Assembly (NCBI RefSeq): GCF_009914755.1
Contig: NC_060927.1
Length of the DNA: 64,000 nucleotides
Direction: 5' to 3' (one strand)
DNA from: the human T2T-CHM13v2.0 reference genome, Homo sapiens
This document shows positions 16,450 through 36,880 of this stretch, piece by piece (the stretch's first letter is position 1; each line of letters starts with the position of its first letter). The translations under genes were made by a program, and so were the position numbers. Below the pieces are notes generated by a model. It did not search any database, had not been told where the DNA came from, and worked only from the letters and a program-made list of their open reading frames with translations.

Positions 16450-17056
16450 ATGATTCACACCAACCTGAAGAAAAAGTTCAGCTGCTGCGTCCTGGTCTTT
16501 CTTCTGTTTGCAGTCATCTGTGTGTGGAAGGAAAAGAAGAAAGGGAGTTACTATGATTCCTTTAAATTGCAAACCAAGGAATTCCAGGTGTTAAAGAGTC
16601 TGGGGAAATTGGCCATGGGGTCTGATTCCCAGTCTGTATCCTCAAGCAGCACCCAGGACCCCCACAGGGGCCGCCAGACCCTCGGCAGTCTCAGAGGCCT
16701 AGCCAAGGCCAAACCAGAGGCCTCCTTCCAGGTGTGGAACAAGGACAGCTCTTCCAAAAACCTTATCCCTAGGCTGCAAAAGATCTGGAAGAATTACCTA
16801 AGCATGAACAAGTACAAAGTGTCCTACAAGGGGCCAGGACCAGGCATCAAGTTCAGTGCAGAGGCCCTGCGCTGCCACCTCCGGGACCATGTGAATGTAT
16901 CCATGGTAGAGGTCACAGATTTTCCCTTCAATACCTCTGAATGGGAGGGTTATCTGCCCAAGGAGAGCATTAGGACCAAGGCTGGGCCTTGGGGCAGGTG
17001 TGCTGTTGTGTCGTCAGCGGGATCTCTGAAGTCCTCCCAACTAGGCAGAGAAATCG
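16450..17056 (+). CDS. ST6GAL1: ST6GAL1 first coding exon (aa 1-202: cytoplasmic tail, TM anchor, stem, start of sialylmotif L); exon itself starts at 16400
   Basis: Translates [32 protein letters not shown]...[20 protein letters not shown], recognised as human ST6Gal I. Acceptor tttttttAG at 16398-16399, ATG at 16450, donor G|GTATGT at 17056/17057 (phase 1). Confidence 0.99.
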
Positions 17057-17664
17057 GTATGTTCTGGGGTTGTTCTGTGAATGGCAGTGCTTATTGGGAC
17101 TGGCTGGGCATATTGATGGTATGGGAGACAAGTGGCCCAAGTGTGGCTCAGCGGACCAGTGGAGTGGGCCCAGGGCAGTGTTTTTTTCAGAGTCACAAGT
17201 GACACAGAGGGAGTTGAACAGATGGCGCTCTAGGCCCCCGCATCTTTTATCAATTAGAAGAGCTTCATTATTGTTTCCTAATATTTTTAGTTGATATATA
17301 ATAATTAGATATATTTATGGGGATATTTTGATACGTGTATTCAATGTGTAATGATCCAATCAGGGTAATTAGAATATCTATCACCTTGAACATTTATTGT
17401 TTCTTTGTGTTGGGAACAGAATAGTTTTATTTTCATCTGTTTTAAATATTGGAATTGTGTAGAAGATTTCATTTGAAAAAGAGAGTTCCGCTGCTACCAA
17501 TAATCAAAAGCCTACAATTGACCTTTGAAAAGACTTGAAGCATAGATCTGCACATCATTTCCAGGTTCTGAAATTCTGTTGTTTTTCCTGATTAGTGGAG
17601 GACTCTATTGGCCTCAACAACCTGGGTAATTTTCAGCTTTTCTCTTTGAAAAGATTTAATTGGG

Positions 17665-17869
17665 TCAGTAATTCTTAACTGGGGGCTATGGACCAACTTC
17701 AGAGGGTCATGAATCCCTGCAATTGCGTGCAAAACTGTCTGTGGATTAGGTGTGTAGAATGTATGTGTATGCGTATAAGTGTGTCCGTGCATTTTTCCAG
17801 GAAGGGAGTTTGTAGACTGCAGTTTATTCTCTAAGGGATCTGTGACCCAAAAAAGTTTCAGAGTCACTG
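17665..17869. mobile_element. MER103-like hAT relic
   Basis: tcttaactggggg...catgaatccctg...ctctaagggatctgtgacccaaaaaagttt...cactg pattern. Confidence 0.5.
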
Positions 17870-20490
17870 GTCACAACATATTAATTTGCTTTTCTTGAAA
17901 CCCTTTGTAGTGAATCAAGATAGAAAGTCTGTCTATATTTGTAAACCTGTGTAACAGAGAGCCTTATTTCTCTTATGCTGAATGTGTTTTCCATTATTTG
18001 AAATGAATCAGCTAAAGAAAGCAAAGCACAGGAAGCTTTGCTCCTCTGTCAGCCTGGAGGTACTGGAGCAGGTGAGGTCATACGTCTCCTTTTTTATTTC
18101 CTTCATTTGACTGCCAGGAAAAATGGTCTGAAACCCAGCACAGGCTCTCAAAGAAAAGTAGGCCCAAACTGGATTCTCTAGAGCAGAAAGAAATGGTGAG
18201 ATCACAGTTTCTACCTCCCCAAATAGGCAGCTGCCCCGCTGGCCGGCCCCACCTCAACTTCTGCTTTTGTATTTTTGGTTTTTCTTGGACTTTGTTTTCA
18301 AGAAACTAAATGTGATTGGTTTTTGTTCATCCATAATGGAGCTAAGTTTCTTTCTTCTCCATTTTTGCTGCTTATGTAGCAAATGTTTGGGATATCCTAG
18401 GTATTAGCTGATCCTTCTTCTTCATGTCAAGTTAATATTGCGTGCCTGGCTGAAATTGTACTGAAGTTTGAGACAGGGCCTGATAGCTCTGTTAATTAGA
18501 ACTACAGCTTTAATTTTATGCACTCCTTAAAGATTTGGGGTGATTTAAGTAAACATTAATACAAATAATATTTTTCTATAGATTGCAGTTTCAACTTCAA
18601 AATAAGGATTTCCACAGAAGGACTTTGATCCTGAGATGTAATCAAAATTGCATGTTAGACTTCGAATGTTCTGCTGTTATGGGGTATATATCCTCTTGGC
18701 ATTTTGTCTAACAAATATTTTAAGACATTCATATATTCTTTTATTTATTCATGGATTCATCAACAATACAAAGGGGAAAGGGAAGGGAAAGGCCCTTTGT
18801 TGAAGCCCGAGTTGCAGGCAGCGTGCCAGGCCCATACACTTCCTCCTGCATCTGGAATTTGTTGAGTCTCTTCCCAACTACTGGATGGATCAGATTATTT
18901 CAAATGGTTTTCTTTTACAAATAACATTGCTGACAAGGTTTTTGTGCAGATAACTTAGGTAACCACTATTGACATTCAACAGGGAAATATCCTCAGAAGT
19001 GAGGCTAGAAGACACGAGTAAGAGACATTTTATGACTTTTTTTTTTTTGTCCATAGCAAGATTTTCTATCAGAGAGAGTGTAATAACATACTCTGCCTCC
19101 AGCAGTCTCACAAACCAGCCAATGGTGGGCTCAGTCATTTTCAATTATTTTTGATAGTTTACTCATACATGTTAAGTATCCTAGATTTGCTGGAATTTTC
19201 ATGTCAAACAGTAGCATAATTTTAAAACACTATCATCAATACAAGTGATGCTTATTATGCATCTGCTGAGTTCCTAACATGCCTTGCTCTTTTCATCCTC
19301 CCAGAAGTCCTGTGAGGTTGATAAGATTATTGGTCTCATTTTGCTGGAGAGCTAAATGCGGAGGCTCAAGTGGTCACACAACTGGCTAATAGCAGACTGA
19401 GGTTTGAAAGCAGAGTGCTTGCTTCAAAGACCCCACTCTTGGCACCTCTGCTGTTGTGCCTCATAATAATTGTAGCTTCATAATAAAATTCGGTGTGATT
19501 ATTCTTTTATTATGTTAAAAATTTTCTTCTATTCTTGTCTATTAGCTGTCCTAGAGAGAAAGAGAAGGGTATTCTGAGTTAAGGCAAAGGCAAGAAGCAA
19601 AGGCTGCACGGGGAAAAGTGTGTTTGGGCATCACAAATAATCCTGTTTGGACGGCATGTGGGTCCTTGTGGGTGAAGATGGGTGAGGAACGAGGCCAGAA
19701 AGGTAGCTAGGCATTAGCTCTTAGAGAACGTTGATAGTCACAATAAGGACTTTAGGTTTCATTCTTTAAGCCATGGAGAGCCCTAGGAGGTTTTTGAACA
19801 AGGGAGACTTCTCACTTCTCTATGAGTCCCTGTTTTGTACTCTATAATGTCTCCATTATTAGGGACTATTGCCACAACCAGGTCAGAAGTGCCAGGCCTG
19901 CCCAGGCTGTGGTAGCAGTGATGAAGAGAAAGGACCTTACCTGAGAGGGCTCATGAAGTAAGAGGCAGAACTTACTATCTAGCTGGAAATGATCTTGAGT
20001 GAGAGGCAGGAGCCAGGATGTCTAGCCTGGGAGCAGGCTGTATCTTACCAAGGGGAGCATGCTTCCAGAGGAACGCAGATTCCACTTTGGATGTTCTGAG
20101 ACTGAAGTGTGTGTGGATTTCCCTGGGTAGATATCTATGCTGTTGAGTACTTAATTCTAGAGAAGGATCAGATATCGAGATAGATTTACAAGTCATTTGT
20201 ATCAAGGTGAGATAATGGTTATAATCCAGGGAAGAAGACCAATTAGAAAATCTAGAAAAAGATTTACATTTAAAGGACAAAGAAAAGAACAGGGAAAAGT
20301 CAGAAGGGTCAGAGACCGGCTAGAGGAGAACTAGGTGTGCACCATACAATGGAAGGCAAAGGGGGATGGAGTTTGAGGGATGTTGGCTGTTGGTATCAAA
20401 GTCTGCAGAGGTGGGACATATTCTTGGGCAGAATAAGGACTGAGAAGACACCTGTGAACTGAGTAGCTTGGAGAACATGATCAGTTATAT

Positions 20491-21022
<532 letters not shown>

Positions 21023-21635
21023 CTATAGTATGTCTGTTTTCTTCAACCGGACTCAGAATGTAATTTTCCATAAATGGTTGTAGGATGTATTAGGCTAACT
21101 TGAAAATATAAAAGCGTTTGGTGATAAATTGTGATAAAATTTCTTTCATAATAATTTCTAGCTATTTAGAGTTAACTACACCTAGAGGCAGTGGATTTTG
21201 ATGTATTTATGAATTTACTAACTTGAGCTGATTCTGTTGAATTTTCTAAGCGTGTGATTGTATAATCTGAATACAGTGATGCATTTATTTTTTCTTCTCC
21301 TAATTTGCCTCTTTTTCTGAGCTCTAATTCTAAGTTACAGAGAGGTGGTAGTTTCTTTTTTCTGCAGCCTTTCCCCCTCGCTAGGCTTGTTTGCTGGGAT
21401 CTCAGTAGTTGTGGATTTCTCTTGGTGATTTCTTAGAGGCCTATTTGAGTTTGAAAGTTCAACTTTCAATTAGCAGGGAGGTTTGACAAACAGGATTTTT
21501 TTCTCTTTAAGTACCCAAGTCAGTTTAAAGTTTTCTTTTTAAAAATTTGATATATAATAATTGTACATATTTATGGGGTACATGTGATATTTTGGTACAT
21601 GCATACAATGCGCAATGATCAGATTGGGTAATTAG

Positions 21636-21988
<353 letters not shown>

Positions 21989-22019
21989 TGATTGGCTTTT
22001 TTCTTAGAATCACGTCCAA

Positions 22020-22490
22020 ACTTCATACCTGGGCCCCCATGTCCGTGTATGATCTGGTTCCTGCCAACCTCTGTAACTGTATCTTTGATTTTTCTTCCCC
22101 TCACTCCTTGTCTACAGTCAAGTCCCTGCCCTCATTGTGGTCCTGACACTTGCTGCATCCTCTGACTGGTGGACTTCTCTGAACCCTTCCCAAGGCTGGC
22201 CATCCTTTGGGTCTCAGCTCCAAGGCATTCCCTGAATCATCACTCTATGAAGGAAATTCCCTCAGTGTCTCTGGCACACAGCTCAGCTTGTTAGTGTCAC
22301 AGTGTTTGTCACAATCCGAAATTATCTTATATGTAGGTTGTTGTCCGTCTTTACTGTCTATGTCCGTGCAGTAGAATGTAATATCTCTGAGGGCATGGAC
22401 CTTGTCTTTGTTGCTCACAGGCGTCGTCTCCCGTGTCTAAAACTGTGCCTGGCATAGAGTAGGTGCTCAATCAGTATTTGTTGACTGAAC
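22020..22490 (+). mobile_element. L2 3' end
   Basis: Ends in gtgcctggcatagagtaggtgctcaatcagtatttgttgactgaa, the L2 terminus. Confidence 0.7.
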
Positions 22491-22624
22491 AAAACAATTC
22501 TCCTTTCTTATGGTCAACATCAAGCATCTGTTCTAACCTAAGCCTTCTGTGCTGGATGTTCTCCAGTGGCACCTCCAAATCCCACTCTCACCCTTTTCCA
22601 TCTGGCTCTGTCCCTGAGAAATTG

Positions 22625-22626
<2 letters not shown>

Positions 22627-22657
<31 letters not shown>

Positions 22658-22938
22658 AGAATGAGTCTTGTTCTGTTGCCCAGGCTGGAGTGCAGTGGCA
22701 CAATCTCGGCTCACGCTAACCCCCGCCTCCTGGGTTCAAGCGATTCTCCTGCCTCAGCCTCCAGAGTAGCTAGGATTACAGGTGCGTGCCACCACGCCCA
22801 GCTAATTTTTGTATATTTAGTAGAGATGGGGTTTCACCATGTTGGTCAGGCTGATGTCGAACTCCTGACTTCAGGTGATCCACCCGCCTCGGCCTCCCAA
22901 AGTACTGGGATTACAGGCGTGAGCTACTGCGCCCAGCT
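22627..22938 (-). mobile_element. AluS
   Basis: Long poly(T) tail; TSD TGAGAAATT. Confidence 0.94.
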
Positions 22939-24274
22939 GAGAAATTAAAATTTTGAACTGCGTTAATTGGCATTTCTCACTCTCTGGATTTTCTCTGGGA
23001 CTGGCCAGGAGAAGCAGTGGCATTAAAGCTGAGAAGAAGACTAAGGTCAGGGCACCTATTCCGCCATGTTTCGCCTTGCAGAGTAAACTCAAGCTGTATC
23101 TTTCTCTTGACTGAAGGTCTCAGATCCTGCCAGGAGGCCGTCCCAGTCTTGGTCCTGCTCTGTCCCTTTTCCCTTCAGTTCTATGAGATCCAAGGGAAGG
23201 GGCAGAACCAGGTTGGGATATTGACTCCCTCAGGCTCCTTCTTGCCCGGAGGTTGGCAATAGCTGTGTTCCTCTCCTAAAGGCAACAGCTCCCGACAGGT
23301 GTCCCTCCTCAGCTCAGGGTCTCCGCTCATCAGGCCACAGTAGACCTGGGGTGGTAATGACACCCTGCAGTCATCAACCCTGGGGCTTTAGCCTATTCCG
23401 TGTTGATTTCTTTAAACTCTACCCCAACTTGGTAAGTAGTCCTTTTATGAATCTCTCAATTACTCCATTGGAGCTTCTCATCTCTTTTCTACTGGGATTC
23501 TCACCAATAATTTATTCATCTGTGAAATGGAAAAGTTGACTAACTGAAGTTTCTGATGGATCTGTGTTTCTCATGCAATTACTACTAATCCCTTTCGAAC
23601 CAGTGACTGATTCTGACAAAATGTGTTGTAATTCTGAGTTGTGTAAAGATATACCTCCTGCCCTATGTGCACTTCAGTGTACCTGCCCTGTAAGATGATA
23701 ACAGTTTGGACTGTGCCCTTCTCAGATAATTTTCAAACCATTTTGATGAAATTTTGCCCTAGGATTGAGGATAGGGTTGTGTTGTTTTCATGAATGATGT
23801 TTCTGTGTTCCTGAGGTTTAGTACATACATTGGAACTGAAATAAAGAGAGAGGCTTTCATCCTTAATTCTGTGGATATCCTCTTTCTAAATCATCTTGTG
23901 TTCAGTCAAATGCCCTCACTTCCCCAAATCCTGTGTGGATAAAGAATGATCCAAAACAAACCTGAATAGGACAATAGAGGATTCAGCTGACCCCCAGATC
24001 CCGTGTAGATTTCAGTGGTGAGCCCCAAACTTGCTTGACCGAGTAAGATTGAAAGAAGTTCTCATAGGATCACAGGATTTGGATGGCTCCTTAAAGTCTT
24101 CAGTTCCCTCCTTCATCAGATAGGTCAACGTGGGGTAGAGAAACTTTTCCAAGTCTTCCAAACACTGCTTAAACAGTTGCAAAGACAAGGAGCTAGCCCA
24201 GGAAGCTTTTAGGTTTTTCAAGATGGCCTGTTTGATTTTGACTGGATTTAGTACATTGTTTCTGACAATGGCTT

Positions 24275-24276
<2 letters not shown>

Positions 24277-24314
<38 letters not shown>

Positions 24315-24388
24315 AGGGAAGGAAGGAGGGAGGGAAGGAAGGAAGGAAAAGAAGGAAGGAAGGAAGGAAAAGAGAGAGAGGAAGGAAG
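24277..24388. repeat. 112-bp pure polypurine tract (AG)n/(GGAA)n/(GGGA)n
   Basis: No pyrimidine on the + strand across the interval. Confidence 0.95.
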
Positions 24389-24996
24389 TTAGTTTAGCTC
24401 TCTGACCTCCTCTTCCATTTCTGCCACACCAGTTCTGTGACTCTTCCCTGGGCCTCAGGTTCCTAAATGGAACGCCTGGGGGTTGTCTTGGATGCCATAG
24501 TTAAATCCTGTCCATTTGCTGAGCACTGCATGCTTTTCAAAGTGCAATGGGGTCCTTTGCACTTGTGGGATACACTGAACATATGGTAGTGTTTTCATTT
24601 TTCTGACAGAGATAGAAATATAATCTACTGGTGATACCAAGAGAATATCTGGTTTGCTGCTTTGATAACTGGAGTAGCTACTCCACTGTAAGTAGCACAC
24701 TGGCTTTGTTCACTTTTCTGTGTGCCCAGGCACAAGCGAATGTCTTTGAATGGGTTTCAGGAATGCCACAGTATGGCCCCCTTCAGCCCTTACAGTGGCT
24801 GGCAGACAGGTGGTCATCTCTGCCTAGGAGCTTTACCTGAGCACCACACAAATACTGCCATTTCGCCCTGTGGATCATGATGGGGTAAAGATGGGGAAGC
24901 ATTATTCCCTTGCCCCCTCCCCCGCCTCTCGTCTTTCTCTTTTTCTGCATATTGCCAGTGCTCATCACCTCTTTTCTGTTTCTTTGTGGTTTATAG

Positions 24997-25094
24997 ATGA
25001 TCATGACGCAGTCCTGAGGTTTAATGGGGCACCCACAGCCAACTTCCAACAAGATGTGGGCACAAAAACTACCATTCGCCTGATGAACTCTCAG
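24997..25094 (+). CDS. ST6GAL1: ST6GAL1 coding exon 2 (rest of sialylmotif L)
   Basis: ttatAG acceptor; (D)[32 protein letters not shown]; CAG|GTAAAA donor; 98 nt restores phase 0. Confidence 0.99.
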
Positions 25095-26047
25095 GTAAAA
25101 TTTCTTCTGTGCAGCTATGGAGTAAGAGAAGGACCACAGTGTGGGCTCTAATGTGGAATGTATCTACTGGGAGCATATCTAGGCTGCCAATTAAGTCTCT
25201 TGATCTTCCTGAGTTCCTGATTCCTCACTGGAGAAGAAGACAATGATTCCATGACCCAACCTGATGATGTGTTTATTTAAAGAAAAACCCTTTAGTATTA
25301 GTGTCTGCTAATGGAGGTGTCTGGTACCCAGGAAAGTAGAGTTGAGCTGTCCTTGCTGCTGCAAGGTCATACCTGGAGGTTTACATGAGGGACAGCAGAG
25401 CGCAGAACATCCAGGGGAGAGTGGGGAGTGTTGTGAAAAGTGAATGAAACAATACACAGGAGAGCACTTTATGAACCGTAAAATGCTATACAACTACTAT
25501 AAGACAGTGTCACCATGTAATTATGTGTAATATGGCACTAGAATTCATGTACTATTTCATAAATTCCCCTGGATAATTAGGTTCCCGGAGTATTTTCAGG
25601 TAGCACATGCCGATTTCTCAATACTAAGGGAGACTTGAGAAATATTCTTGCCACAGGGTTCTGTTAGTATATTTTATTAGTGGGAAAAACTGTATTACAC
25701 ATATATATGAAAATATCAAAAATTGCACAATAGGGCTGCAACCTGCCCATCTCACAACCACCAACATTTGCCTTTTTCTGAATAAACATATGTGCTCTGG
25801 GGGTTTTTATGTCAGTATTTAGTCTGCATACTTCCCTAGGAGTCCTGGGCATGGGGTGGATCCTGGAACAGATCAGAAATGCCTTTTCAGCAGTGTCTGT
25901 GGAATGTGTGTTTCTTTCCTTCTCTACTAGGGCTCCACTTCCCTATATCTGTCTCTTCACTTCCTTACTTTCAGGAACTCACCAGCTAGGCAGAAGCTGC
26001 TTCCTGCATAGCCCACTTTCTATTTGAAGCCCACAACCTTAAGAAAC

Positions 26048-32170
<6,123 letters not shown>

Positions 32171-32312
32171 TAAGAATATTTTTATAACGGGATAGAAATT
32201 GAGGAACTTAACTTATTTGTAAGTGGTCACCATCTTGTTTTTTTGTTCTTCCTCTAATACCTTTTAATTTTTTTTTAAGAAAATCACTTTCTATCACCGT
32301 CACATCTTCTAG

Positions 32313-32686
<374 letters not shown>

Positions 32687-33868
32687 TACTTTTATTGTTA
32701 CTAGAAGAGATAGGATTGAAAGGAATGGACTGGCTAGCAAGAAGCTCTCTGGGGCAAATGACAGTTGAGCTAGACTTTGAAAGATGGGCAGGACTTGGGG
32801 AAATAGCAATAGCCGGGCACTCCAGAAAGTGGAATTGGCAAGACAGAGGAGAACAGGAAATGAGGGAGGCGTTACACCACTCCAAGAGTAGTGTAATGAT
32901 CACTCCCCTATTAGTGATCAGGCTGGAGTGCAGTGGCGTGATCATAGGAAATGAGGGAGACATTCAGATACCCCTGGCTAAGTTGGAGGTGGAGGTGTAG
33001 AAGAATTGGCTGGCCTTGCCCCGTAGAGAGAGATGAGGCTGGACCTTCATGGCTGCTTGTGCTCTGGCAAGTGTGGAAATTCAGACAGAGGGTTAGGACC
33101 AGCTTTGTCCCTTTCCCTTCTCATGCCTAGTCAGGAACCCTGGAGCTGGAGAGCACTTTAGGGAGCACTAAAACCTCATCTCCACTTCTATATAAGATGC
33201 TACCTAAATATCCAGGAGAGATGTTCATTTACTCTTAATTAATTCATTCATTCAACAAATGTATTCAGTATTGAGTAGACTGTGGCAGTCAGTACATAAA
33301 CTCTATAGTTAGCCTGCTTGGGGTTGAAATCCAGCTCTGTCTCTTACTAGCTGAAGGATCATCAAGTTACTTCTCTCTAAAAAAGGGAGAATAATTCCCT
33401 TACAGGGTTGTTGTGAGGTGTAAATAAGAAAAATCTGTGCAAAGCACTTAGAACAATACCTGGCACATGTATCAATAAACGTTAACTGCACTTACTATTG
33501 ATATTTGCAGACATTGGTAGGGGAGGGTACAATTGTGAGCAAAACAGGCTCAGCCTCTGTTCTTATGATGCAATCAAATAGTTTTACAAATAAATAAATT
33601 TGCAAAAAAGAACTAGAGAAGAGAGTGGTCAAGGTACTAGGAGAGCCCTGAAAGGGGAGATTTGAGCTATTCAAGGAGGTCAGAATCCCTAAGTAGGTGG
33701 TACTTGGCTGTGTAGAAGGAATGTGTGGATGTTGAAAAGGGTGGGATAAGAGCTTTTCAGGAAGAGGCAACAGCATGGGTACAGTTTTGTGTGGAAGGAA
33801 ATGGGGGACTGGAAGGACTCAGGAAGAGGTGAGTATATGTGGGACTATGTGGTGAGAGACAAGGCTGA

Positions 33869-34249
<381 letters not shown>

Positions 34250-34525
34250 TAACCATCACTGGCTTTCATCTGAGCAGAGGGGCTGCAGTAGATGAAGACA
34301 CATAGTTAGGAAGGTCTTACAAGTAGTCTGGGTTAGATACGCTGATAGCTTGCACAAGAGTAGGGGTGAAGGTGAATGTGAGAAAAGAATGTATTTAAGG
34401 GCTGCTTGCGATTTGCAGTCAACAGGTTTTAATGTCGCATTAGATGTGAGAAGTAAAGGGAGAGGGGCCAAAGGTGCAGCTCAGTTTCTTTCTTGTGTAA
34501 CTTGGCAGCTAGAAGTTGAAATTAG

Positions 34526-34740
34526 AAGTCAGCCCCTTATCCATGGTTTCACTCTCTGCAGTTTCATTTATTTGTGGTCAGCTGCAGGCTGGAAATACTA
34601 AATGAAAAATTCCAGAAATAAGCAATTCAGAAGTTTTAAATGACACGTTGTTCTGAGTAGTGGGATGAAATCTTACACATCTTACTTTGTCCCTTCCTCA
34701 TCACAGGAAGAAGGATGGGTACAGTACAATAAAATATTGA
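34526..34740 (+). mobile_element. MER44/Tigger7-like DNA transposon fragment
   Basis: ccccttatccatggtttc...aaaattccagaaataagcaattc...gttctgagtagt...gatgaaatct. Confidence 0.7.
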
Positions 34741-34744
34741 ATAA

Positions 34745-36319
34745 ATAAGCAAATTCAATAAAGTAGCAGGATCCGAAGTCAACACACAAAAAATATTCAT
34801 TTTTTCTATTATGTGCAATAACAATGAATGATCTAGAAAGGAAATTTAAAAAACAATTCCATTTACAATAGAATAGCATAAAAAAGCATAAAATACTTAG
34901 GAATGAATTTAACCAAGGAGTTGAAAGACTTATACAATGAAAACTACAAAATAGTTCTGAAAGAAATTAAAGGAGACACAAAAACCTGGAAGACATCCCA
35001 TGTTCACAGATTGAAAAAAGTATTGTTAAGATGTCAATAATACCGAATATGATATGCAGATTTAATGCAATCGTTGTGAAAATCCAAAAGATATTTCTTT
35101 TTTTGCAGAAATAGAAAAAGCTATCCTAAAATTTATATGAAACCTCAAGGGACCCCGATTAACCAAACAATCCTGAAAAATAAGAATAAAGCTGGAGTTC
35201 TCTCACTTCTTGATTTCAAAAAATACATATGTTACAATAATCGAGAGAGTGAGGTACAAAGACAAACATATAAACCATTGGAATAGAATAAAAGTCCAGA
35301 AATAAAGTCTTGTATATATGTGTAAATGATTTTTGATGAGTGTGTCAGGATCGTTCAATGAGGAAAAGACAGTCTTTTTAAGAAATGATACTGGGAAAAC
35401 TGGCTATCCACATGCAAAAGAATAAAGTTGGACCCTTACCTAACACCAAAAATAAAAATTAACTCAAAATGGATCTATGACCTAAATGTAGACCAAAAAC
35501 TATAAAACTCTTAGAAGACAACATAGGGCAAAAACTTTATGACATCAGATTTGGCAATGATTTCGTCATTATTACACCAAAGGCATACATACGTAACAAA
35601 GGAAAAAATATACAAGTTGGACTTTATGAAAATTAAAAATAATTGTATATCAAAAGATACTCTCAACAGAGTAAAAAGACACCACACATAATAGGAGAAA
35701 ATATTTGCAAGTCATCTATCTGATAAGGGATTAATGTACAGAATATATAGAACACTCTTCAAACAACAATAAAAAAAATCAAATTACCCAATTTAAAAAT
35801 AGGCAAAGGACTTGAATGGACGTTTCTCCAAGATATACAAATGGTTAGTAAGCACATGAAAAGAGACTCAACTCTTTTTTGCTAGGGAAATGCAACCCAA
35901 GAATACAACACAGCACCACCTCACCCCCATTAGGGTGGCTTCTATGATCAGAAATCGGAATCCGTGGGCACTGTTGATGGGAATGGAAAATGGTCAGCCA
36001 CTGTGGAAAACAGTACGGCAGTGCCTCAAAAACTTAAAAATGGAATTACCGTGTAATCTAATAATCTTATTTATTGGCGTATATGTACAGAAATTGAAAG
36101 AAGGGTCTTGAAGAGATATTCATACCCCCATATTCAGACTACTCTTATTCACAATAGCTGGACTGCAGAAGGAACCCAAGTGTCTGTTGATGTTGAATGG
36201 ATACACAAAAGCTGGTTTATACATACAATAAAATATTATTCTAAAAAAGGAAGAAAATACCGAGATTGGCTACAACATGGATGAACCCTGAAGACATTAT
36301 GCCAAGTGAAATAAGCCAG

Positions 36320-36370
<51 letters not shown>

Positions 36371-36880
36371 ACTATATGAATGTGGTTGCCAGGGAATGTG
36401 AGGTGGGAGGGGGAATGGGGAGTTACTGTTTAATGAGTATAGAGTTTCAATTTTGCAAGACTGAAAAAGTTTTGGAGATGGTTTGTGGTGATAGTTGCAC
36501 AACAATACAAATGTACTTAATATCACTGAACTGTACACTTAAAAATGGTTAAGATAGTCAATGTTATGTTATATGTATTTTAATACAATTTTTAAATTGG
36601 AAAAAATGTCAGTAGGGGAGACAGTCACAGAAGTACAAACACTGTATGATTCCACTTTATATGGAACACCTGGAGTAGAAACAAAGTAGAATGATGTTTG
36701 CCAAGGGCTAGGAGGAGAAAGGAATGTGGAATTGTTGTTTAATGAATACTGTGATTCATTTTGGGAAGCTGAAAAAGTTCTGGAGATGGTGGTGATAGTT
36801 ACACAACAATAGGAATGTACTAAGCTGAATACTTAAAGTTGCTAAAATGGTCAATTTTATGTTATGTATATTTTAAAAGC
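34745..36880 (+). mobile_element. Old L1M (L1MB-like) ORF2 3' part and 3' UTR, with a second 3'-UTR-like piece at ~36620-36880
   Basis: Degenerate ORF2 motifs (aaatacttaggaat, ctggctatccacatgcaaaagaat) and an L1M-type 3' end (ctgaactgtacacttaaaaatggttaagat). Confidence 0.8.
36321..36366. repeat. (CA)23 microsatellite inside L1M
   Basis: Read directly from the sequence. Confidence 0.97.

Noticed and set aside
16024-17202. 392-aa single-exon ORF as the gene product
   Set aside because: Only 16450-17056 is ST6GAL1 coding; the flanks cross a clear acceptor (16399) and donor (17057).
32869-32945. 7SL RNA pseudogene or miRNA gene
   Set aside because: Only ~27 nt match Alu/7SL-type sequence and the stems (8-11 bp) are too short for a pre-miRNA; kept only as an insertion scar.
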